DNA of 64,000 nt from a virus. The translations under genes and the position numbers were made by a program. The notes under the pieces are model-generated. The model was not told the DNA's origin. It saw only the letters and a program-made list of their open reading frames with translations, and ran no database searches. The stretch is from IMG/VR virus record IMGVR_UViG_3300042507_004023. One strand, given 5' to 3'. Positions 45,301 to 54,117 of the stretch are shown piece after piece (position 1 is the first letter of the stretch; each line of letters opens with the position of its first letter).

Positions 45301-47253
45301 TTAATACGGGAATGGTGCGCCAGTTTGCTGATTGATTGTGGGAACCGAGTCGAGTTCCACATTAAAATTTGATTTACTGTAGTCCAAAACTATGATTTGA
45401 TTACGCAAAGACTGTATATCGGATTTTTGAGGAATAACGGTTATTTTTATTTCAGAATCGGTTCTTGGTTCAATGTATTGTGGGTTGAAGTTATTTAGTG
45501 TGATGATACCAGTATTATAATTTATCTTGCCTATTTTGGTGTTGATATACACCTTAGTGGTTCCTTCAATTTTATAAATTCTGATATTACCGTAACCGTC
45601 GTCGTCAAGATAAGCATCAACGACCGGCTTAACTACCGCTGCGTTTGTTTGATCTTGGTATCCAAAAGCGGACGAGGAAACAATAGAAGTAAATCCGTCT
45701 ATAGGATGAAGTAAAGGATTATTAAATCGAATAGTATATGGAGAAGGTTTACCTAAAAATGGTTCAATTCTCTTTTGCAGACGAATTGAAAGATTAGTTC
45801 CTGTGATGGATTTGTTTGAATTGTCTACCAAAGAAGACAGTTTGGATGCCTTGAAATTTCTACCAAACTTGTCCAAATTTGCGGTTTCAAACGATTCAAC
45901 TGCCAGTTTAATTTGAGCGGCAAGTCCTGCGGGGCTTAAATTTGTTCTAGACGGATCGTAAGCGGAAAGAGAGTCAATTTCCAGATAAATGTAATCAGGA
46001 TCCACAATTTCTGGTTGAATTGTGACTAGATTTCTTTTGCCCAATACACTCTTTTGAATGGCTAGTTTTTCAAGAATTCCTATCTTGCTTCCATTCTTGG
46101 GCTTGATTGATATGAAAACTTTACCGTATTGTGGCGGATCATTTTCTTCCCCACCCCACACAAAGAATGAATCCACGCCTTCGCTGAACTCTTTTACCAA
46201 TATGGTTTTATAATCTTCAACTGTTACTGCTCGTTCTTGAGCCTGATAATTTCTTGGCGCGTAATACTTGATTGATTCAATGCTTTCTGGTAAGGTTCCA
46301 CCATAAGAAACAGTTGGATTCCCGTCCGGATCTGAGATGGTGGATACGCCATACGATGGAGATCCAGTTGAATCCACCTTTTGAACATATGGTGCTAGCA
46401 CTCCAGAAACATAGGAGAAAGTTCTGCAATTATTTGCAAGTTCTCCGTTTGTAAGCAGATACTCCACGCTAATCACATTTCCATTTTCTAGGGCTTTGCC
46501 TACTATCCCGTCTCCGAAGTAAATTTCAAAATTTCCATCCTCGGTTTCTTGCAAGAAATACACTAGCGAATCCGAGTTTAGCCCATTCACATCAGTTGCT
46601 TTGTTCCATATGTTTATCAGTCCTGTTGTATCTGTTACTGACTTTTGGATTCGGACTCTTAGAGTATCCACATCAATATTATTACTTGGAAGAATGAATC
46701 GTTGGGTTGGGTCAAAAGAATTTACAACAAAGGTGTATGTTCTGAGAGTTCCCTCATAAGCCTTAACATTCTTAACTGTAGCAATTCCACCAATCATATC
46801 CACTTTGTAATCATCCAAAACAACAAAGTTAAAGAAACGATTTCCTGGCAGGGTTGCTCGGAAAATATCACCTCGGTTAACAAAGGCATTACCTTTTCTT
46901 ACACGATCCTCGACCGTTTCTCCATTGGTGTTTGTTATAGTTTGTGTTCCAAATTTAACATCCAAAAATATCTTGGAGGCTTTAACCGATCTTGGTGTAT
47001 ACCCTAGTTGCTTGGCAATAGAAACTGTGCTTGAACGAAGAGCGGACGAATCCAAAAAGGCTTCATTCGCAACCATGTTTGCATAAAACGACTGGTAGTG
47101 TGTGTTGTAAGCAAGAAGATCTAGTATGATGTTCATACCCGATCCTTCAAAATCAAAATCTTTAAACTGATCTTGAGAACGAAGATAGGTCTTCAGGTTT
47201 GACTTTATTGCATCAAAGTCTAGGCCGTCAATTCTTAGGTTGGTGTTGCTCAT
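45301..47253 (-). CDS. gp6: Baseplate wedge subunit gp6
   Basis: LDFDAIKSNLKTYL..DFDFEGSGMNIILDLLAYNTHY, YFGDGIVGK, ESIESIKYYAPRNYQAQERAVT, WGGEENDPPQYGKVFISIKP. Confidence 0.95.
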   Translation of the reverse strand: MSNTNLRIDGLDFDAIKSNLKTYLRSQDQFKDFDFEGSGMNIILDLLAYNTHYQSFYANMVANEAFLDSSALRSSTVSIAKQLGYTPRSVKASKIFLDVKFGTQTITNTNGETVEDRVRKGNAFVNRGDIFRATLPGNRFFNFVVLDDYKVDMIGGIATVKNVKAYEGTLRTYTFVVNSFDPTQRFILPSNNIDVDTLRVRIQKSVTDTTGLINIWNKATDVNGLNSDSLVYFLQETEDGNFEIYFGDGIVGKALENGNVISVEYLLTNGELANNCRTFSYVSGVLAPYVQKVDSTGSPSYGVSTISDPDGNPTVSYGGTLPESIESIKYYAPRNYQAQERAVTVEDYKTILVKEFSEGVDSFFVWGGEENDPPQYGKVFISIKPKNGSKIGILEKLAIQKSVLGKRNLVTIQPEIVDPDYIYLEIDSLSAYDPSRTNLSPAGLAAQIKLAVESFETANLDKFGRNFKASKLSSLVDNSNKSITGTNLSIRLQKRIEPFLGKPSPYTIRFNNPLLHPIDGFTSIVSSSAFGYQDQTNAAVVKPVVDAYLDDDGYGNIRIYKIEGTTKVYINTKIGKINYNTGIITLNNFNPQYIEPRTDSEIKITVIPQKSDIQSLRNQIIVLDYSKSNFNVELDSVPTINQQTGAPFPY

Positions 47254-47639
47254 CGTGTCCTCTCTAACAGTATATTGGTTTCCAAAACTTGGGGTCTATT
47301 TGCGATTGTAAACTTGATGTTTAAGGTGACTGAGTTTTTGTCAGGCTCCGCATAAAAACCAACGGCTAGATTATTTACTCGGGGTTCATATTTTCGTATT
47401 AGTTCTTCAATTTGCCCTTGCAATACACTATAAACAACGGGGCTAGGATTTTCAAACAGTAAATCTTGAATGCCTGAAGACACTTCGGGATGAAATGGCT
47501 TTTCAAATCTACGAAGCAAAATCAAATTTCTAAGACTTCTTTTAACAGCATCCTCATTGATTTTGATGGTTACATCTCTATCAATATAATTTGGCTGAAA
47601 GTTCAGGTCTAAATCAATGAAATAGTTTTTACTTGCCAT
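47250..47639 (-). CDS. gp25: Baseplate wedge subunit gp25
   Basis: FIDLDLNF, AVKRSLRNLIL..RFEKPFHPE, LLFE, YEPRV. Confidence 0.92.
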   Translation of the reverse strand: MASKNYFIDLDLNFQPNYIDRDVTIKINEDAVKRSLRNLILLRRFEKPFHPEVSSGIQDLLFENPSPVVYSVLQGQIEELIRKYEPRVNNLAVGFYAEPDKNSVTLNIKFTIANRPQVLETNILLERTR

Positions 47640-48270
47640 TGTTTTTCCTTAACATTTCTAGTTCTATAAAAGAACGATATTGTTCCATTAGTCGTTTAGC
47701 ATCATCTGGATCATCAGGCAACATCATTATGTCATTCCATTCTAATCGTATAAATCCAACATACAGTTCACCTTTTCGTATTGGCAGAACAGAGAACGCC
47801 TGAATGTTTTTTGAATCATTATAAGTTTTTAAAGCACTTTCAACAGGCAGAGATCTGGTGAATCTTATCTTTGAATCATTTTGCTTTAGCATTTGGATCA
47901 TATCACTAAACAAGGTGGTTAAAACTGCTTGAAGAAACGGATACTCCATTGATACACCAGGATTGCAAGTTTCGTGGGTGACACTAAACCGCTTCATCGG
48001 AGAACCCTCCAAGAATTTTCCTCCGTTATGAAACTGTGCGATTTGTGCTCGGTCTGCGCTCATTTGAATTCTTAAAGACACCAACATATCGTAAATGTTG
48101 TTGTGTTTAATTTCGCTAGGAGATATCACATCAAGAATTTCTTCTTCTGTTTTCATTTTGGCATACTTATTTTTAATGTAGGTTACACCCATCATTATGC
48201 CACCCATAACGGCAGCAATGCCCACACCCACATTTGTCCAAAATTCTAAATTTACCGCTGAAAGAATCAC
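47629..48270 (-). CDS. Single-pass membrane protein with GAF-like domain; putative T4 T-type holin
   Basis: GTG at 48270 after GGAGG gives 213 aa; N-terminal hydrophobic helix VGVGIAAVMGGIMMGVTYI; ADRAQIAQFHNGG..FSVTHE and LPIRK..YVGFIRLEW fit a GAF-like topology. Confidence 0.45.
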   Translation of the reverse strand: MILSAVNLEFWTNVGVGIAAVMGGIMMGVTYIKNKYAKMKTEEEILDVISPSEIKHNNIYDMLVSLRIQMSADRAQIAQFHNGGKFLEGSPMKRFSVTHETCNPGVSMEYPFLQAVLTTLFSDMIQMLKQNDSKIRFTRSLPVESALKTYNDSKNIQAFSVLPIRKGELYVGFIRLEWNDIMMLPDDPDDAKRLMEQYRSFIELEMLRKNNGK

Positions 48271-48274
48271 TACT

Positions 48275-48577
48275 TTACCCTCCTCCACAGTAAACATTAC
48301 TGCTTCCTCTTGCCATTGCGGAACCACAACCCACAGGGTCGCCTATACGCATTCCCTGACGACTATTCACAAAAACTTGAGAAGATCCTTTTACACTGAT
48401 GGAAATATGAATGGGATGATCGTCATCGCATCCGTGGGCATGGGGCCCTAATCCATCGTATTGACGATGCCAACCTTTGCTGTTTACAAATACATTGTTC
48501 GACCAAGCGATAACTTGGCGTGGTGGGTGGCAATCGTGCCCGCTACAAATATCCCCTCGTGTGCTTACTCCAGGCAT
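48275..48577 (-). CDS. PAAR spike-tip protein (gp5.4-like)
   Basis: GDICSGH, VFVN, H...H, GSSQVFVN..RIGDPVGCGSAMARGSSNV. Confidence 0.9.
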   Translation of the reverse strand: MPGVSTRGDICSGHDCHPPRQVIAWSNNVFVNSKGWHRQYDGLGPHAHGCDDDHPIHISISVKGSSQVFVNSRQGMRIGDPVGCGSAMARGSSNVYCGGG

Positions 48578-49575
48578 TAGTCGAAATATCCTCTCCTTTT
48601 CATACCCAAAAGGTATTCTCGGTTTGTAACGGGTTTCCCGTCTAAAAAGAATTGATTATCAATATTTAGGATCAAACGATCACGATCCGAAGACCAGTTG
48701 TTTGTTATAGTCATAGTGAATTCTCGGTCATTGAAAACTCTAGGATCACGGGCGTTAAATGCTCTTATTGTGAACCTAACCGTATTAGTTGCAGGTATTC
48801 CGTTTGAAAATGAAGATGAAGATCCAAAGGTTGCGTAGTTTTTTTCTGTAATTCTAAAGTCAGGCGGTAGTCTCCACCTCTCTATAAAGTAGTCTTTACT
48901 GTTTGGATCACCCGGATTATCAGGCAAATCCATCTCAGAAATAAAACCAGAAGCAACGCCAGTTTCCATATCAAGCACTAAATCTGGAGGAAATTCTCCT
49001 CCAACTACCATGTATTTGATGTCACAGCATTCGTTGCAGGTATATCTCATCTCATACCTAGACGCATAAACACCAACTGTGGATGTGGTTGCGGGGCCAG
49101 GTGAAGGATAGGCGTAGAATGCAACTCTTTTACTTTCTTTTGATATGGTCTGCAATTCTCGAAACGAACCAAGATTTGAATTAACATTTGCAAACGGAAA
49201 ACTGCTTACTCCGTTTGCACCACCAAATAAAATCAAACATCCTGCTCCAGAATAAGATTGAGAAGTGCTTGTGACAAGTTCGCCCCCTGCACCACCCGAA
49301 GCCCCGTAGGTGGTAAATCCGGTAACTCCAACAGCACGACATCCCGTGCCCTCTTGTATCTTAACGCCATCTATGGAATATGGGCCATTTGGATAGTAAA
49401 ATTCGGGAGGTCGCATTCCTTTATGGTTGTATTTTCCAAGCCAACCTGTCCATTCCACAGAACCTGTATTACTGTAAGACTCAGAGCCATCACTAATATG
49501 ACATTCCGCAGGAATCGAGTATATTAAATTGTATGGGCTTTGAGTGTAAGCACCAACAGATCTAAATCTTGGCAT
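48577..49575 (-). CDS. Hypothetical baseplate-region protein
   Basis: 332 aa, coupled to gp5 and PAAR; GEFPPDLVLDMETGVASG resembles an Ig or cadherin-like repeat. Confidence 0.55.
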   Translation of the reverse strand: MPRFRSVGAYTQSPYNLIYSIPAECHISDGSESYSNTGSVEWTGWLGKYNHKGMRPPEFYYPNGPYSIDGVKIQEGTGCRAVGVTGFTTYGASGGAGGELVTSTSQSYSGAGCLILFGGANGVSSFPFANVNSNLGSFRELQTISKESKRVAFYAYPSPGPATTSTVGVYASRYEMRYTCNECCDIKYMVVGGEFPPDLVLDMETGVASGFISEMDLPDNPGDPNSKDYFIERWRLPPDFRITEKNYATFGSSSSFSNGIPATNTVRFTIRAFNARDPRVFNDREFTMTITNNWSSDRDRLILNIDNQFFLDGKPVTNREYLLGMKRRGYFD

Positions 49576-51809
49576 TAGAACTCTCCACCATCAACTTCTG
49601 TTATTGGTGTGGGTTTCATTGATGGGAATTGGGTTTCAAATGTGATTATTGGAATTGCAGGAATTCCTTTTCCTGCGGCACTATTTTCTGCTGCTCTACC
49701 AGGATATCCTGATATTACTGTAGCAGTTCCGCCAGGAACAGCATACAAAGATTCTGTTGGTAAACCAGGAGCCCCTATATCCACAAGATTTGTGTCTGTT
49801 ATTGTTTGTCCCGCAATGCCCGCAGATACAGGTGGAAGCGGGGTTGCACTAAGATTCGTTATACCCTCAGGTGTAACATTAAGATAAGATGCCGGTGATG
49901 GAACCGTAGCCGTCGAGACATTTGCTGCTATATTAACTGCTTGAGATGCCAAAGCCGGATTAACAAACGCCAACGCTCCTGCAAATGCCCCACCAACAAC
50001 AGTTCCTACAGGGCCCAAAGCCCCACCAAGAAGTGCTCCGCTAGCAACTCCTCCGAGTCCACCCAAATCCAATCCTTCTGGAAGAACCGCTTGAACTCCT
50101 TCAATTGCGCCGCCTACTGCCTCGCCAACTCCTCCTAAGAATCCGCCAACTTCATCCTGTAGCAGTGGGAATCCCAATCCTTCGCCTGCACCACCTTGAA
50201 CTGCTCCAGGAGATACACCCAAATCTGTTCCAGAGACCACGGCTTGTGTGGGTTGTGTTTGTGCTACAGTTTGTGATAGTTGTTGGTTTTGTTGTGATAG
50301 ATTTGTTTGTGTTTGTTGAATTTGTGCATCATCAAGTTGAGCAATGTTGTTTTGCCTTACCGCTTCTTGTGCGCTCTCTGACATTAAAGATTTGTTGTTG
50401 TCTGCAATCTCTTGTTCGCTTGGAATCATTTCCTGCGGCATTTTTTCGGTTTTAATAACTGTTCCATCAGGCAGAGTAGACGGTATGGCGGCTTTAGCCT
50501 CACTTGCAGGAACATCTTTCCACCATTGATCTCCTTTAACAGGAACATTTTGTGTTAAAGCCGCTTTGCCTGTTTGATCCCACGGAATCGTGGCAGCGTT
50601 AGGAGATGCACTTTCATAATAAGATTTGAAAGCATCCAATCCAACAGGCATATCTTTAGGTCTAAGGTGAAGTTTCTTGAAATAATCGGTTGACAGGTAT
50701 TTGTCTTTTTGTCCTTGAAGAATTTGATCCAAAGGCAATGCTCTGCCAGGAAATACGGTTGCATCTTGCAATAAGGGTGCAGGATTTTTTCCTGTTGCTA
50801 GTCCTGGAGATGATGCTAGATTTACAGCAACTCCTTCAGGGTTAAAATCAATTCTTGGAGCAACAAAACTCATGTTACCATCGCTGGCAACCGTATAAGT
50901 TCCGTGAACTCTGTGCTCAAAATTCTTACCGGTTTCCATCACAACATTACCACGAGCAAGCATTCTCAAATCGCCATTTATTTCAATGTAAAAATCTTTG
51001 CCTGTTTTTAGTGTTGTTATAGGCCCGTCAATATTCATAAAGCAGTTGCCTTGAACAAGAAGTTTCTTGTCGGACATTGCTACTTCATAATCGTCTCCTC
51101 GGATTCGCTCAACCCTTGATCCATCAGGATGAAGTTCAATCCAAGTTCCGGCTTTATGATAAACGCTTATTCTTTCTTTATCGGGAGTATCGTCAAGTTC
51201 AATAACATGACCAGACTCGGTTTCCATCACATGGTTTTTAGGATATTTGGGATCGTAATCTGTTACTTTTTCATCCCATGTTAACCAAGGGTGCAGAGCG
51301 GTTTGAACTCCAACTTTTGCTTCCTCTCGTTTTTTTTGAACTATTGTTTTTTCAATCTTTTCGTTTCGGGTTAAACGATTTGTATCGGCTTCGCCACCAT
51401 ACTCTTTGCTGGGCCATTTGCCTTCAGGATCATTGAATCCTAAAGAGGGATCTGAGTATTGACCAGTAGTTCCTTCTATAGGATCTGGCTTACCAACAAA
51501 GGATCCCAAAACTACAGGATCTTGGCAGTTAACACCGTCTCGGAAAAACCCAATAACCCACGAGCCTTGTAAAAGTCCTGTTGGAGAAATTCCTTTTCCA
51601 CTTACAGAAGCACTAGTTACGGGAAGCAGGGGAGTTGCCCAAGGCAAATCTTGAGTGGGCAACAATTCTTTGTCCGCATTGTGAAATTCAAAACAACGAA
51701 CACGAACACGACCCATTTTTAATGGATCGTTAATGTCTTCTACAACTCCGTGAAACCACACGAAGCCGTTCTTGCCCATTTGATCGTGAACTGTTATGGT
51801 GTCTAGCAT
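49575..51809 (-). CDS. gp5: Baseplate hub/spike gp5 without lysozyme domain, with long C-terminal extension
   Basis: OB-fold FVWFHGVVED..DPLKMGRVRVRC..LPWA..WVIGFFRDG; YPKNHVMETESGHVIELDDTP; beta-helix repeats to about 50830. Confidence 0.92.
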   Translation of the reverse strand: MLDTITVHDQMGKNGFVWFHGVVEDINDPLKMGRVRVRCFEFHNADKELLPTQDLPWATPLLPVTSASVSGKGISPTGLLQGSWVIGFFRDGVNCQDPVVLGSFVGKPDPIEGTTGQYSDPSLGFNDPEGKWPSKEYGGEADTNRLTRNEKIEKTIVQKKREEAKVGVQTALHPWLTWDEKVTDYDPKYPKNHVMETESGHVIELDDTPDKERISVYHKAGTWIELHPDGSRVERIRGDDYEVAMSDKKLLVQGNCFMNIDGPITTLKTGKDFYIEINGDLRMLARGNVVMETGKNFEHRVHGTYTVASDGNMSFVAPRIDFNPEGVAVNLASSPGLATGKNPAPLLQDATVFPGRALPLDQILQGQKDKYLSTDYFKKLHLRPKDMPVGLDAFKSYYESASPNAATIPWDQTGKAALTQNVPVKGDQWWKDVPASEAKAAIPSTLPDGTVIKTEKMPQEMIPSEQEIADNNKSLMSESAQEAVRQNNIAQLDDAQIQQTQTNLSQQNQQLSQTVAQTQPTQAVVSGTDLGVSPGAVQGGAGEGLGFPLLQDEVGGFLGGVGEAVGGAIEGVQAVLPEGLDLGGLGGVASGALLGGALGPVGTVVGGAFAGALAFVNPALASQAVNIAANVSTATVPSPASYLNVTPEGITNLSATPLPPVSAGIAGQTITDTNLVDIGAPGLPTESLYAVPGGTATVISGYPGRAAENSAAGKGIPAIPIITFETQFPSMKPTPITEVDGGEF

Positions 51810-51810
51810 A

Positions 51811-53235
51811 TTAAACTCTAGATTCTCTTATGGTTGGATTGTAAATGCCAGTATCAGCAGTATCTTTATAGTCAGGAACTGGAGCACGATAACTGTCTTT
51901 GCTTACTGTCATAACAAGTTCGTAATCTTGATGTCCTATTGAATGATTTATTTTTGTTACAAGGTAGTTGCCTGCAAGATACTTATCGCTACCATCATTG
52001 TTTACTCCTTTTCCTTTTCCATTTAACGATTCGGGAGAAGGAATGTCCAAGTAAATCACATCTCCAACTCGTCTTCTGGAATCTCCTTTAACCTTTATCT
52101 GAAGGGTAATGCAGTTCAATTGGTTCATTTGGCTTTGGCGAAGCAGAGCATATTTTTCATGCTCTTCATTATCTTCAATTCCATCATACTTATAAGAGTT
52201 TTTTGGCAACACTTTAATGTATGACAAAATAGCGTCACTAAACCTATCCAAAGAGTGTGGAACCAAAGGATATTGATCTGTGTGTTGTGTTTCCACAAAC
52301 TTCTCTTTATAACGATAAAAGTCCCCACCTATTTTTTTCTTGTTTATGTCAAAAGTATTCAATACTGAACTATAAACTCCTGTTGAAACATCTTGCAGTT
52401 TATTGTTTAGAGAAACTATAGTAATTTCATTGATATTATCAAATTCTTCTGCATCTCTTTGTTTGTTGGCAAACGCATGTCGGTATCTTGCAACCGGTGC
52501 TTGTGCCTTGAAATACGAAACAGGAGCAAACATATAATTGCCGTTTAATTGTTGAAAAAACAAATAGTCTGCCGTTTTCTTGTCGGTTATTCCACCAAAT
52601 CCTGATCCTGGCGGAGCAATTAAAGTGTGTGATTTATTAGCCAACCAGTTTATCGCATAGAATGGAGACCAGAAAGGAAATACAATCGCTTTATCTGCTC
52701 CCGTTGTGGGAACGACAACAAGACTTCTTCCTTCTGAAGGTGTGGGCTGTCTTGCCGATTGACTTTTTGAAATAACATCTACTATTTGTTCTTGAAATAT
52801 TTTTTGAGCCATTTCCGAATAAGACATATTTTTGTAAGACACCGAAAATCTCACCATGCTGTTTATGAAAAATTCTTCAGAAACAAAATCAATAACAGTA
52901 ACCATCGCTTTATCAGTAACATTTGCCTTGTGTATCTTATACGCCACCATGTTCAATTCAATCTTTTTGTGGGGTTGATCTTTTTGACCAGGCGTATAAA
53001 ACACTATTTTCAATCGTTCGTTGCCTGTGATAGGAAGATGGTTTGAAAGAGCAAGGCTGTCGCTAATAACCAAAGAACCGGAAAGACTGTTTGAATACAT
53101 GTCTTCAAATATTTCGATGGACATCATTAATTCTTTAAGGTTGGCAGCACCACCCGCTGGCGTAGCAATAGTAATTTCTTCTATTACAATGTCGCCTGGT
53201 AAATTAAGTTTGTCTAAAGATTCTACAACTGCCAT
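51811..53235 (-). CDS. Baseplate hub protein (gp27-like)
   Basis: IEIFEDMYSNSLSGSLVISDS, PITGNE, FLFF-type motif (YLFFQQLNG), GDS.RRVGDVI, YLVTKINH; located between gp53 and gp5. Confidence 0.75.
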   Translation of the reverse strand: MAVVESLDKLNLPGDIVIEEITIATPAGGAANLKELMMSIEIFEDMYSNSLSGSLVISDSLALSNHLPITGNERLKIVFYTPGQKDQPHKKIELNMVAYKIHKANVTDKAMVTVIDFVSEEFFINSMVRFSVSYKNMSYSEMAQKIFQEQIVDVISKSQSARQPTPSEGRSLVVVPTTGADKAIVFPFWSPFYAINWLANKSHTLIAPPGSGFGGITDKKTADYLFFQQLNGNYMFAPVSYFKAQAPVARYRHAFANKQRDAEEFDNINEITIVSLNNKLQDVSTGVYSSVLNTFDINKKKIGGDFYRYKEKFVETQHTDQYPLVPHSLDRFSDAILSYIKVLPKNSYKYDGIEDNEEHEKYALLRQSQMNQLNCITLQIKVKGDSRRRVGDVIYLDIPSPESLNGKGKGVNNDGSDKYLAGNYLVTKINHSIGHQDYELVMTVSKDSYRAPVPDYKDTADTGIYNPTIRESRV

Positions 53236-53241
53236 GTTGTG

Positions 53242-54114
53242 TTACCTAACTTTTTTAGGTCTTAAAAGTTCAGAGAATTGTTGTATTGCTTGGGTTACAT
53301 ATTCTGGCTTGAGTAAATTTATTTTTCGTTTTGCTTCATTTTTTACCAATTCGTATTCGCTGTTGGTGACATCACCCATCAAGCCTAAAGTTGGTTTAAT
53401 ATTTGGCGGTTGTGTGTAAATCTTTATTCTCTCGGTAGAACTTGCGCCAGCAGTTTGAGTGCTGATATATCCCCGAGGATCTAACCAATTTCCATATCTG
53501 TCTTGGAAATGGTGTAGTGCGGTTTTGTTTTCTTCAATATATCGTATTCTTCCTTTAATATTCACACCATCACTATTTGTTATGTAAATCGTTCGATTTG
53601 GTTCCGATGGAATTGGTGTTGGTATTGGTTCAGCACCCGTTACCACCAATTTCCCTAATAGGGGATCGTAAGACAAAATTTTAACAGAAGTTACTCCTAT
53701 TGTTCCGTTTACAGGATTAGAACCAACCACGGGTTCTGTGCTTGCAATAGGTGTGTCTATTTTTGACCCTTCGTTATACAGGAATACATCATCCACATAA
53801 ATTGCTCTACCTGGATACTTCTTTTCGATATAGGAATCCAATTCCGATTGGGCAAGAGGCCAACTGTAATATGGATCTATAATTTCGTTAAAAAGCAAAA
53901 TCACCCAATGGTAGTCTGCTCTACCGTATAAACGATAGGCTAAAGTGTCTGGTCGTTCGCCATCTTTTATCAGATATTCATCAAAAAGACTGTCTCTGTT
54001 TTTGATATAATCAGAAAATTTTGCTCTAAGCAAGATGTTTCTTGCTTGAACAACTTTTAGGTTGTCTTTATCTAAAACAACAGAAGTTACGGGAAAGTTT
54101 GAGAAATAACTCAT
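53242..54114 (-). CDS. gp53: Baseplate wedge protein gp53
   Basis: MSYFSNFP, IKDGERPDTLAYRLYG..YHWVILLFN.I.DPYYSWP, NEAKRKINLLKPEY. Confidence 0.92.
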   Translation of the reverse strand: MSYFSNFPVTSVVLDKDNLKVVQARNILLRAKFSDYIKNRDSLFDEYLIKDGERPDTLAYRLYGRADYHWVILLFNEIIDPYYSWPLAQSELDSYIEKKYPGRAIYVDDVFLYNEGSKIDTPIASTEPVVGSNPVNGTIGVTSVKILSYDPLLGKLVVTGAEPIPTPIPSEPNRTIYITNSDGVNIKGRIRYIEENKTALHHFQDRYGNWLDPRGYISTQTAGASSTERIKIYTQPPNIKPTLGLMGDVTNSEYELVKNEAKRKINLLKPEYVTQAIQQFSELLRPKKVR

Positions 54115-54117
54115 AGA

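Noticed and set aside
48275-48577. Extra His/Cys in PAAR as a novel metal site
   Set aside because: PAAR proteins normally bind zinc through His/Cys; the excess is modest and cannot be interpreted without a structure.
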